Source: Neophaeotheca triangularis | Lineage: Eukaryota | Assembly: GCA_054600435.1 (NCBI GenBank) | Contig: BAAIJX010000014.1 | Coordinates: 62,001-126,000 of the forward strand | Direction of reading: 5' to 3' | DNA: 64,000 bases | Shown here: positions 25,865 through 37,501 of the stretch, piece after piece | Numbering within the stretch: position 1 is the stretch's first letter | Layout of the letters: every line of letters starts with the position of its first letter | Notes under the pieces: model-generated | What the model saw: the letters and a program-made list of their open reading frames with translations, nothing else | Databases searched by the model: none | What the model was told of the DNA's origin: nothing | Made by a program: the position numbers and the translations under genes

Positions 25865-28800
25865 AGCCTTATAGACAAAGGAAAGGGAGAAGAATGAGAG
25901 GGGATAGTATGCAAGATGCAGGAGTCGCATTCCTCAGGCCCGAGAGCCCGGGAGACGGCCAGGTGCATGAGGTTGAACGTAGTACCTAGTGTGAATGAAA
26001 GTAGGTATACTATACGTATGTACGTACTGTTTGAGGTGACCATCCAGCAGGTAATGTAGGTAGGTAGGTAGGTGGTGGAAGGTTGGTAAGGTACAGTACA
26101 GTCCTTGTCGTGATTGGAGTGGTTGTAGTAGTGATTGTAGTAGTGACTGTCGTGATTATTGTCGTCCCTGTAAACGTTCGCTCGACGGACGCTTCACCGA
26201 TACCCGTGCACGCTTGCAGGGGCTTACCGAAAAGACGGAGCAGACTTGGCGCATTCGGCCCCGTTTTAACCGTTGGCCCACTTGTCCAGCGTTCAGCCTC
26301 ACTACTACTAGTAGTACTAGTACTAGTACACTACTGTACCTTACGAGACCAACACCCACAACAACAACACCTCTTCACCTCATCACCTCATCACCCTGCT
26401 CTCCCTTCCATCTCTACTTCATTTCACAATATATATATATATACCTACTTAACTAACGTATAACTGATAATCAAGGCATCCCGCCCCCATTTTCTAATCC
26501 TCCTTGGCCCCGTGTCCATTCATGATCGAACCCGAATACCCACTGCAACGACATGCATGCACCGGACACCGAGATTTACCGCTCGCAGACGATAGCATGG
26601 CCCTTTGCACGAATGCACCCTCTATGCAACCTCCCTTTTTCGGCTTTCTGCTCCACGCCCAAGCAATATAGCATTTGGACAAGCATCGTCTTGGGAACCG
26701 ACTCCATGCGAGCCATGAACTACTGCCGACAGTCTAATAAGTATATATAGCATCGTGCCGGGAAACCTTCAATGCCAATGCCAATGCAGAACCATCTACT
26801 GCTACTGCTACTGCTACTGCGCCGCGAGACGTCAAGTCCGAGAGTTTTGCTTGCGCTAGTCCATTTTACACTGCAACGGTGCCAGGAGACTTGCAGCTCG
26901 CTATCGAGCCTGCCGATAAGGCCGCCTCTCGGATGGGAGAGATATCACGACCAAACTGTTCCCTGGGTTTACGACAGTCCATCGGATGCTCATTGTAAAT
27001 GTCATTGTTCGATCCTCGTACAATAGGTGAATTGATCGGCTCTACAGAAGAGCCTTTTGCATCCCATCACTCTGACGAGCAATCCAGAACTCAATAGCGA
27101 CCAAGCCTCGACACCGAATCGGTACCTCAACTGGCCAAGATCCAATAATGCTTCTACACTTGGGACATCAGACGATTGGAGCGATATTTCTAACTACATA
27201 CAGACAGTCGTGTTACAACAGAGCAAATACAGGGCATGCAATCGTTACCGGCACCCATCGCCGCGCTTTTCGCTTTGCTGCCATTGCTTCGAGTGGTGGG
27301 TTTCCCTCTGAAATACGTAATAGCAGAGCAGAGTCAAAATTCCGCCGCAACTAAGAACCAAGCACCGCCGAACAACACCGTTCAATTCTCGGAATTACAT
27401 TCTCAACCACGCTACCTCTACAGCGAAAGAAGAAAAAAATCCTCGATCGAATCAAAGCCTGAAAAGTAGTATTCCAAGCAAAGACCGTAAAGTCCATCCT
27501 TCCTATAGTGCAGTTCAAAGCACCCGCGCTAGTCACTAGCTACAAGCCCGCCTCCGACACCAGGAGCTACAGCATACCGAGTCACTACCTATTCAGCTAC
27601 CTGCGACCCTTTCCCTCAACGCACTCCAGCATCAGCACGACCATCACGCATCCTCAACGTCAGCCTCACCCACAGCTTCCCTCAGCCCCCCTTTGACGTC
27701 CACGAAAGCTTTGCACGCCCCATTCCACAGCGTGTCAGCTGTCCGTTGCATTCCCACGCAGCAACCGCACTCACGAGCCTGATGCCCTCCAATAACAAGC
27801 CCCAGCACTCCTCTCCCCCCTTTCAACCTACGCTTCCCCCTCGGAGCCGGGCGTAAGCTCCAAAATCCGGCAGATCCAGCTCAGTAAGTACAGGTACCGC
27901 CCAAGACATCCATCTCGCCCGACAGCGTCACGGCCACGGTCCCCAAGCCGCTAGCGTCCGTAAAATACTTCTAGCGGCTTCTGACCTCGCACGCAAACCT
28001 CGACCACGACCGCCAAGGCTAGCAGGTGCTGGAGGGGTGCTGCAAGCCAAACCGAGCGCGCGAAACCCGCTCGTGTAAGCGTGATAGTTCACACGCACTC
28101 GCGGCCAAGCATCGACACGAGTGATCAAGACTAGCCGATAGCGCGGCGAGTCTTCGCGACAAAAGAATAACAGTCCTTCACTTTGCCAAGAATGGAAAGG
28201 CAAGCAGGCTGCACGCACTAGCGCTGTGGCATGGCAAGTTCCAACACGCAAGTGCGGCGTCTACCTTTCTCTTCCCTTCCTTCACCTGTAGCACAGCACT
28301 ATTACAGCGGAAATCACCACTGCTGACCGGACGACACCTACTCGCCGTGCCCTGATCCCCTCTCCTCTCATCCCACTGCCCAGCTCACTCCCCCTTACCT
28401 CACAAACCCAGACCCAACCACCCACTTCGGCCCCCCGATTTTTACAAAACCAAGCTCGCCGTCCAACCCACTCACTCCTAACCACGAAAGACCGCCACTA
28501 CTCCCAATCCCAAACCCCCGACTAGATCGCGCTCGATCGAAACCACCACACACAGCGAACACAACTCTAGTCTCATTTTCCACCACCGCACTTCCACCTC
28601 CGCACTCCCCATCTCTCAGAATCCTTCCCAGCCGTGGCAGGCGATCCCTATAGTAGTCGTGCCCAAAACCCAGCCTAAACCGAGCCCAAACCCAACTAGC
28701 CCGCGCGGACGTACGTGCGTGCGTGCGTGCATGCAAGCACAAAGCAGCGTTAACGAGCACCCCACACGACCCGATCCCCCACCCGTCGGTCAGTCGGGGC

Positions 28801-29575
28801 TGTAAAGCAGCGAGGCAAAAAACAAAGACCCCCCCCCCCTCTGGCGGCCATCTCGTCTCATCGAATCTCGTCTCAAAAGAGGTAGTAGTTAGAACCCCAA
28901 TAAACTCGAAAGGTGTACTCCCCGGCGTCCGAGGCTCCGGGACAAGCGACTTGAGCCTTTCATTTCTTCGACGCGCTGCTCTTCTTTCCCTCTGCAGACT
29001 CTGGATGCGGATCCGCTGCGCTGTGAGTGCCGGGGTTTTTTTTTACTTTTTGGGAACGATTGTCTTGATCTGATGATATCTACGTGGTGTTGTAGAAGGG
29101 GCTGTGGGGGTATGTACTGCTGTGCTTGTGGCGGTAGGAGTAGTAGTACCAGTACCAGTACCAGTGCCAGTGCGTGTAGCAAATGTAGTTACAAACAGGA
29201 AACAAGTCTACAACATAACCCAACGACTTCAAACTCCCAGATCGAATCGAGTCCCAAGATGTCCCAAAAAAGACAGCAGCCAAAAATAACAAAAAAAAAA
29301 AAAAACCAGGTATATACTAGCACAACAACAACAGACATTCCCACGACAACTACGACCGCGGCAAGACGAGTCATCACCCCTGTCCAGTCCATTGTCAAAA
29401 CAATAAGTCCCTGCATACTGCCGCGTCGAAAACTCATCGAGACCTGAAAATCTAGTCGGGAACCGTGACATTTCGTTTTGACAAGCATGTACCAGATCTA
29501 TACCCTACTGTACTCCACATCCAGCCCTACCGTGCCAGCGCACAAGCTCACTCACGTAGAGGAGAGAGAGCTCAT

Positions 29576-31643
29576 CTACTCGGCCTTGTAAGCCTGGTCA
29601 TGACTAGCAATGGCCCTGCCACTGGGATCCGTCTGCTTGCTCCATGTGGGCGTCCAGCGCATAACCGTCGAAGCGCAGTATGGCGGGAAGTGCTCGTCGA
29701 ACATGGTGCGGTACCAGTAACTATCCAATAGAACAGAATTAGCATCACAGTTGGCAAGACTAAAGATGTGACAAGAGACGGGAAAAGAAAAGAATGGGGA
29801 GGGTCAAAAGGAAAAGAAGGGGAAAAAGAACTTACGCTTCCTTTGAGTCAGGGATGTCGTCACCCCATTGCGGTTTGTCCTTGCGAATGGTTGCTTCGAC
29901 CATTTGTTCGTCCGAGACCATCTTCTTCGCTTCGTCCTTGAGAGCGTCGATCCAGCCGTAACCCACACCGTCGGAAAACTGCTCCTTCTGTCTCCACAAG
30001 ATATGCTCGGGCAAGTAAGGTTTTTGACCAGGTTCACCCGTAGTGTCGAAAGCTTTGCGCAAAATATGTTTCTCAATGCGGCCAGTCTCCTTGCTGATCA
30101 TCTTCTCGGATGGATCGATGTTCATGGAAGTATCGAGGAATTCTTTGTCCAAGAAGGGCACGCGTGCCTCAACGCCCCAGGCGGAAGTGCTCTTGTTGGC
30201 GCGCAGGCAATCGGCCAAGTGCAGATTCTTGACTCTACGTACGGTTTCCTCGTGGAAGGCCTTTTTGTCGGGGGCATTGCCGAAGTAGAGGTAGCCGCCG
30301 AAGATCTCGTCGGAGCCTTCGCCGGAGAGGACCATTTTGACGCCCATTGCTTTTATTTTGCGGGAGAGCAGGAACATGGGGGTCGAGGCGCGGATGGTGG
30401 TAACGTCAAAGGTTTCAAGGTGGAAAATGACGTCGTAGAGAGCGTCTAGGCCTTCTTGGATGGTGAAGGTGAAGGAGTGGTGTTTGGTGCCGAGAAAGCG
30501 AGCGACTTCTTGCGCGGCTATGGAGTCGGGCGCGTTTGGGAGGCCGATGGAAAAGGAGTTGAGCTGGGAGAGGACGGGGACCGACGAAAGATGGTATTCT
30601 TCGTCAATGCCGGCGAGCTCTTCTTGTTCGCCAGATCCGGTGTTGGTGACTGAGGGCGTGCCGTTGACGTAGCCGTTGGTGCTGGGAGTGTTGGTGCCGG
30701 AGTTGAGAAGGGCTTGCTGTTTGTTGTATTCGCGTTGCAGGCGGAGAGTTTCGCGCTGAGCGATGGAGGCCACCAAAGAGCTGTCCAGACCGCCGGAGAG
30801 GAGCACACCGTAGGGAACCTCTGCCATTAGACGCTTCCTCACCGATCGCTCAAATGTCTCGCGTAGCAGCTTCAGGTCGAGGGGGGTTTCCGGCACATTG
30901 GAAGGCTCCATCAACCATTTCGGTGTGTAGTACCTCGACAGAGAGTCTGTCTTGCTGTCGTAAACATGTCCAGGGGGGAAAGCTTGGATATCGTCGCATA
31001 CGGGGTGCAAACATTTCAGCTCGCTCGCGAAATATACTGCCCCCGGTGTTTGGGAGCTCCTGCCCATGTAGAAGGTGGTGATGCCAATAGGATCTCTCGC
31101 TGCAATGAGGCGGTCTTGCTTCTTGTCGTGGAGCACCCATGAGAACATGCCATCGAGGTGTTTTGGCGCGTCAATGCCATGCTCTTGATACAGGGGGATG
31201 ATGACCTCGCAGTCGGAATGGGTCTTGAAGGGGTAGGGTTTGGATAGATGCTTTCGCAGAATCTTGTGGTTGTAGATTTCGCCGTTGACCGCTAGGGAGA
31301 TGGACTCGTCTTCGCTGAGGAGAGGTTGAGAGCCGGAGTCTGCGCGCGAAGGGGTTAGTTGGGGGGCTTTGGGATGTCAAAATGAAGGGGAGGGGGGGGA
31401 GGGGGAAGGCATACCAACGCCGACGATGCTCAATCGCTCGTGGACCAGGATAGTGTTGTTGGCAGTATGGTTTCCGCTCCAATCGGGACCGCGGTGCTTG
31501 ACCTGTTTGCCCATGCGAATGGCAGTAGATCTGAAGGCGCCCACATCAGGGTGGCTATAGCTTGGTTAGTAATGGAGCGGGGGGAGAGGAGGGGGCGGAG
31601 GAGGGGGATTGCCTCACCAATGGCAAGCGAAGATTCCACACAT
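29576..31643 (-). CDS. ASN1: Glutamine-hydrolysing asparagine synthetase, 4 exons
   Basis: MCGIFA start (Ntn Cys), [49 protein letters not shown] near the C-terminus; three canonical introns. Confidence 0.95.
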
Positions 31644-31752
31644 GGTGAAGACAAGTTGGGGGGATGGAGGTAGTGTGTAGATTTGAGCGAATGTAGCAAG
31701 TTAGGGTGATAACAGAGTAGTTATGTATGTATTTACACTGCTCTCTAGCTCG

Positions 31753-31759
31753 TGACTCA
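31753..31759. promoter_or_regulatory. Gcn4/CpcA-type element TGACTCA
   Basis: Perfect consensus 110 bp upstream of the asparagine synthetase start; this gene class is under general amino acid control in fungi. Confidence 0.65.
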
Positions 31760-31809
31760 AGAAATTCGACCAGAGGGTTGGCAGTCGTCCCGCGCGCCCA
31801 CCAAACTTC

Positions 31810-31875
31810 CTTATCGGTTCAGCGGTGTCGGTCATGAGGACTGAGCTATCTTATCTAATCTGATCTTATCTAATC
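31810..31875. promoter_or_regulatory. Cluster of GATA-type sites
   Basis: CTTATC at 31810 and CTATCTTATCTAATCTGATCTTATCTAATC at 31846-31875. Confidence 0.5.
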
Positions 31876-32469
31876 GACTCACAAATCACCTTAGTCCCTT
31901 ACCCAGGTAAGGTGTGTCAATAAATAATGATTAATGAGATGTGGCTGCAGTCTGCCTCGGCCCGTCGATCATTCAATGCAGGGCGGACGGCGAACGGGCG
32001 CCCTAGCGACGGGTGTAGTTATTTACCAAGCTTACGTATGCCCTCGCAGATAACTAACGTTCCAAGGTTACCTTACCTTATTAGGTAGAGGGAGGTAAAT
32101 ATCCAGAGCTTCCAGCGTCTGTCCCGTTTGTTTGTTACAACTCCCCTCCCCCCCGTCGTGTCGGGTCCAGATCGACGACATCTTATCCATACATACGCCC
32201 GCCTCGTATTAGCAACAACACGAGTCTGACCACCTTCATTGCGACCACGTCACCTACACTAAATCTCCAAGTGTCACGAGTCGCCGGCCGCACAGCCATA
32301 TCAAGGCATCAGTCTATTGATAATTAAACGCAAAGCTGCTACCTAGATCCAACAAAGAAACGCCGAGCGCCATACGGATAGCGGCATACATTACCATGCT
32401 GTGCATATAACCTCAATGAGCACCGGCAGCAGTAGCATTTTCACCTACCCCTACCAAACCCTAGAAGCC

Positions 32470-35208
32470 ATGCGGTCCGCTCTGGCAAACGTCGTACAAC
32501 ACCGACCCGGTCGATCACGTTCAGCGTCCCTATCGACCGTTCCACCGGCAGAAACATCCAGCGACTATCTACCCCAACTCGCATCGATAGCGGCAACAAT
32601 CCTTTACAAATCACCCCTACCCTCACCAGCTGGTCTGCCAGTCTACATACTCAATGCTGCAGCTTTCCCAGACGCCTACGAAGTCGATTACGATTCCTTA
32701 CTTCCATACGTGCTAGCACGATTACCTGGAGAGGACGAATTGCTCAGTGGGACCGAATATGAGATCATACTCTTCGCTGGTGGTCAACCAGAGGGTGCTA
32801 CGGTGGCCAAGAAGCAAGGTCCTGGCGTTGGTTGGTACATTCAGGCATACCACGTTTTGAGCCGCGCTACGAGGAAGAAGTTGCAAAAGCTGTACATCGT
32901 GCATCCGCGGGGATGGGTGAAGGTGTTGATCGGCGTTTTTGGGACGATAGTGTCGCCCAAATTCAGACGGAAGGTCGTTACGGTCAATACCATCAGTCAA
33001 TTGGCGCTGCAGCTACCGATTGAGAAGCTATTGATCCCCCAAGCGGCGTACTTGCATGACCGGAAGTTCTCGCAGGATATTTACGCGCCATATGCCACTG
33101 GTCGAAGAGCTTTTGGTGCGCTGCATCCCTTGCCTAAGAACATGGTCACAGGGGAGACCAGATTGCCAAGAGTTCTGCGTGAAGCGACGACGTTCCTCTT
33201 GATGCCCGTCAATGTCAAGACCGAAGGACTGTTCCGCATTCCACCTCATTCGATGCTGGCCGGTATCCTAAAAGAAGCTTATGATCGTGGGCAAAAGTAC
33301 ATCATCTGGAGGGAAAGAGATGCGACAGTTGTGGACCCAGGACTCAACGAAGCGTTGCTTGACGAAGTACGACCGGAGGATTGCTACAGCGTGCATCTTG
33401 CCGCTTCACTCATCAAATATTGGTACCGCGATCTGCGAGAGCCAGTCTTCCCTGAAGCGAGCTATGAAAACCTACGCGAGCGATACAGTGACCCGGCCAG
33501 CAAAATCACACCAGAAGATCTTGTCGAGATGCTACTACCGCAATCAGAGATATCACCCGTCTCTGTCGCCAACCGAGAGATTTTGATGCGACACCTCCTT
33601 CCAATGTTGTCAGAGGTTGCAGCCCACGAGACAGAAAACAAAATGTCACCTGAGAACCTGGCCATTTGTTTCGCCATGACAATGGTCTGTGGATCTAATC
33701 AGCTGGAAGACGCAAAGATGACCAATATAATCCGCCGCATCCTCCACGCAGCCATCGAGTCATGGCCGATTCTCCGAGAAGCCACGGGCTTGTCAATAGA
33801 ATCCTTCGAGGCGGACCTTCAATCTCCTGCGGAAGCCATCGATTACGAAGATCCTCTTGAGACAGGCAGGCAATTTGCCGACAACGGAAAGTCAGAAGTC
33901 GAAATCGACGACGAAGGCCACCGCATCGTTCTGTCTGACTTCGACGATCCTCCTACCCCATCAGGGATAGCTTCAAACCCCGTCTCAGCGAGTTCGCGAA
34001 CTTCGGCGCCTCCTCTTCCCAAACGGCCAAGCAGCTCCCTAGGCATCCCCTGGGCTTCGGCACAAACCAATGGCGTCATCCCTGGCCCGCACTCACCATA
34101 TCAAACCTCAAACTCCACGACCATGAAGCCCCCACCCCTCCCACCTCGTATCCCATCGAATTCCACCAACGACTATCCCACTGACCCCGCCTCCCTGGTA
34201 TCGATGGCCGAAACGCTTCGTCAAAAACCCGCACCGATAGCCCCTATCCTCCCAGCTCTCGACACCAACCCCAACCTCTCGACCGAGAAAATCATCAACC
34301 CCACAAGCACCACAAGCACCACAACGACAAACCTCACCCACACCGCCTCCAAAGCCTCCGCAACCTCCACAACCTCCAACCCCCCTCGCTACTCCAGCGT
34401 CTTCGACTCTGACGGCCGTAGCATTCTCCACAGCACCAACGGCAACGGCACCAATGCCCTCGCAGACTCGCCCAAAAGCTTCACAAGCGTAGCTGACGGC
34501 TTCGGTTTCGCGCCGGAGCTACGTGAAGAACTCGGCCGTATCGGCAACGAAGACGACCCACCACCTCCGTCTCAAGCCGCACTGCAAGCTCAGCAGCCTG
34601 AGAAATCCACCAACGGCTTCGCATACGAGAAATCTAGCAACTTCCCAAGCGAAGCCGCTACCGAGGCTCCTGCTTCCGCAGCTGCTATCCCACCCGAATA
34701 CCTTAGCGTCCCTAAGCGCAAGGCCGTTAGCGGCGGGGCTCCGGAACTCAAGACGTGGACGGAGGAGAGCCATTCCACTGGTAAGCATGGCGATGAAATT
34801 CCCGCTGTGGATCTGGGGGCTAGTGGGTTGAGTAGGATGGGTTCGGAAATTTCAGGCCCGGGTGGTGAAGTTGGCGGTGGTTTGACCGCTAGTGGCTTTG
34901 GTGGTGCGTCTTCTGTCGCTGAGGCCGGCGAGGGGTATTGGGCTAAGGTTGCTGCGCAGAGGGCGTTGAGTGGCCGGAAACCCACGCCTGCTTCTGCTGC
35001 TGCTGCTACATCTACATCTACGATGGTGTCTGGGCCCACGGCTGACAGCGGCAACACGAACCCTCCCACCGGCGAGACAGAGACTGGCGAGCTAGCTCCT
35101 ACCGGATTTGACGAGCCGCAGACCACATCCGAGCCCGCAGGTGTAGGAAGAGGCGAAGCGGGCCCGTCTGCTAAACCCGCCGCTGCTCTTGCTGGGGATG
35201 AGGGATGA
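32470..35208 (+). CDS. Divergent CRAL-TRIO (BCH) + RhoGAP protein, Ecm25-like
   Basis: KKLQKLYIVHP...SPKFRRKV; TEGLFRIPP arginine finger; NKMSPENLAICF; Pro-rich tail. Alternative start at 32416. Confidence 0.88.
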   Translation: MRSALANVVQHRPGRSRSASLSTVPPAETSSDYLPQLASIAATILYKSPLPSPAGLPVYILNAAAFPDAYEVDYDSLLPYVLARLPGEDELLSGTEYEIILFAGGQPEGATVAKKQGPGVGWYIQAYHVLSRATRKKLQKLYIVHPRGWVKVLIGVFGTIVSPKFRRKVVTVNTISQLALQLPIEKLLIPQAAYLHDRKFSQDIYAPYATGRRAFGALHPLPKNMVTGETRLPRVLREATTFLLMPVNVKTEGLFRIPPHSMLAGILKEAYDRGQKYIIWRERDATVVDPGLNEALLDEVRPEDCYSVHLAASLIKYWYRDLREPVFPEASYENLRERYSDPASKITPEDLVEMLLPQSEISPVSVANREILMRHLLPMLSEVAAHETENKMSPENLAICFAMTMVCGSNQLEDAKMTNIIRRILHAAIESWPILREATGLSIESFEADLQSPAEAIDYEDPLETGRQFADNGKSEVEIDDEGHRIVLSDFDDPPTPSGIASNPVSASSRTSAPPLPKRPSSSLGIPWASAQTNGVIPGPHSPYQTSNSTTMKPPPLPPRIPSNSTNDYPTDPASLVSMAETLRQKPAPIAPILPALDTNPNLSTEKIINPTSTTSTTTTNLTHTASKASATSTTSNPPRYSSVFDSDGRSILHSTNGNGTNALADSPKSFTSVADGFGFAPELREELGRIGNEDDPPPPSQAALQAQQPEKSTNGFAYEKSSNFPSEAATEAPASAAAIPPEYLSVPKRKAVSGGAPELKTWTEESHSTGKHGDEIPAVDLGASGLSRMGSEISGPGGEVGGGLTASGFGGASSVAEAGEGYWAKVAAQRALSGRKPTPASAAAATSTSTMVSGPTADSGNTNPPTGETETGELAPTGFDEPQTTSEPAGVGRGEAGPSAKPAAALAGDEG

Positions 35209-35722
35209 AGGTTCCTCAGGCTGGAAACGAAAGTCTTTGCACAGACAGCAGAGCACGTTTTAAGAATCTAGTGATTTAGCCGATCGATTGCTGTGGCTTC
35301 GCCCTCTGCGCTACTCATTCGTTGCCAATGCTTCGAGCCGGGACGGGACTATTTCCGCGCTGCTTTCCGCCCACTGGGTCACTCAAACTTTCCCTTTGAA
35401 AATCGGATCAACCGGCTGTCGAGAGCTACTAGTTCATTAAGATGGTTGTTGAGGCTTCGAATTCTGCGAGCTGGAGCAATACGACATCAATGCACTTGCC
35501 GGACTCGAGGTATTATCTTCCCCGAAGTTAGTAACGCCCTGAAACCCGGAGACGAGCGAGGGGAGTTTTGCAGACCTCGGAGGGCGTAGATTGTTGAGGT
35601 TAATTGAAATGGACAGATGTGTTGTTTTTTGCACGTCTGAAGGGGCTGGAGGGTGGGAGCCGCGATTGAGGGAGTGGCAAGAATGGCATTATTTATCGGG
35701 ATGACTATCGAGTCTCAAAAGG

Positions 35723-36932
35723 ATGGCTGGAAGAGGTTCCGCAGGAAGGGCAGGGTTATCACAGGTGGAACAGGCTGCCTCAAAGAAAGCACAGGGCGTA
35801 TCTTCTAGCGACTGCTTTGAGTTGGCCGATGTGGCCTTCGCATCATCTCACAAGACCACAAGTAAAGTCGGAGACCCACAGCCCTTGCTGGGCTACTGCT
35901 TGTTGCCTCTGGAGCGAGATGGCCGGCAAACATGGTCGGGTTCCGTAGCCCTGCGCGAATATTACTCGGTCCAGCCAACAAGGTGTTCCCTACAAGCTCC
36001 CAATCATATTGATGTCGTGGCGTATACGGGGGCCGGAGGGATCCAACACGGCATCTCCTCGTGTACACCAACGTTTGTCACGCTTAAAGGCGCGACCTCC
36101 ACTCAAGAGCTCTGGTCCGTGCGGTTCGATCGAGAACTGGTGGAAGGTAGGTATCTGCGGTTCTATCGTAGTGTATCAAATGGCGCCAGAGCTACTCGGA
36201 CACATTGTAGCTGGCAGTCCTTCGACAGGAGTCGCCCTGGTCGTGCCTGCATATCTGGTGCTGAACGATATAAAACAAAGATGGGACCCTAGTGCCGCTC
36301 TCGCAGACGATGAAGCGCGCACCGCATTGTCGACGCACCGCAGCCAGAGCACTATCATCTCCAATCACATTGATCACACTGCAGTCGCAGCACTCATTTG
36401 CAGCGCCTTGTATCTCGTGTTTCTGCCGGTCATTGTTCCGCTGGTTTTGTTGAGGCATACTGGTTATGCTCGTCTTACCATGCTGGGTGTATTGGTGGCA
36501 GTAGCAGTCTTCCTGTATGCCGCAGGCCTCCAAATAGAGTTCACGGACGCCCCGAAACGCGGTACTGACGAAGCCGTACAACCGGCAGAGGATGCTGACG
36601 AAGCCGCACAATCGGAAAAGGCACATTGGACTCTGACCATCAACACGGAGCAGCGAGACTTCTCTCTAAAGTTCCGTGGCAAGACCAAGTGAGAAAGATT
36701 CTGGAGCAAGCAGGGGCACGGCAAGACTGCGCGCGATACGGGACCTACATTCATGGACGATGTTACGGATAGTAATATGCTGCCAAATGGCCTGACAGTC
36801 GGAAGTCACGAAAACCAGGAGGAGGGGCAAGTCATAGACTCCAAAATCGGAACGCTCCCCGCAAATTTCGCGCGCTCGCGCGTTCCGTTTTGGAGTCTGT
36901 CGAGAGGGGCAAGGGGAGGGGATCGTGTTTGA
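35723..36932 (+). pseudogene. Disrupted fungal hypothetical gene with a protease-like G-x-CGS / GHIVAG region
   Basis: AGGT duplication at 36145-36152 shifts QELWSVRFDRELVEG|ICGSIVV..LLGHIVAGSPSTGVALVVPA; a further in-frame TGA at 36690-36692 is followed by about 80 open codons. Confidence 0.6.
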
Positions 36933-37501
36933 ATGTCGGCGTTGGGCGATCAGGGAGATGTCTAGGAGCCTAAGGCTAGATTGGCGGTACCCTCGCTCTC
37001 ACCAGTGGCATGACTTCCTAATTGGGCAATGGCAATGACATGGTAGTATGGCGCCCGCCTTGGCGGGAGCGACATCGCAAAGCTCTCCCAAATTTGGTGG
37101 TGTGGTGAATCCCCGGTCCGATCGAAGGGGGAGACTCGATCGGAGGTGGAGAGTGAATAGAATTTCCCCCGGCGAGTCTGTCGCTGTGTTGAGCTTTTGA
37201 GTTTGGTGCTGCCCAAGGGAGTGGAGGTTGGACTGGACTCTGCACTCGAGCTGTCTACAGCCCGTCCCGCAACTGAACTGCGAGACAGGCGATGGAGTTG
37301 AGCCAGGAGATTTGAACTCAGAAAAGCGTCCACATTTCCTTCCGCAGCCCGACAAGAAAGAAACGGCATGGCAGGCGTGCAGTCTTGAAAGCCAGCAAGG
37401 GCTTTGACGTACATGTTGCATTTATAACTATCTATATAACCCCGTGCTATACAACTTTTTCCCCCCTGAAATTTTCACCACAACAGCACACCCAAGCCCC
37501 T

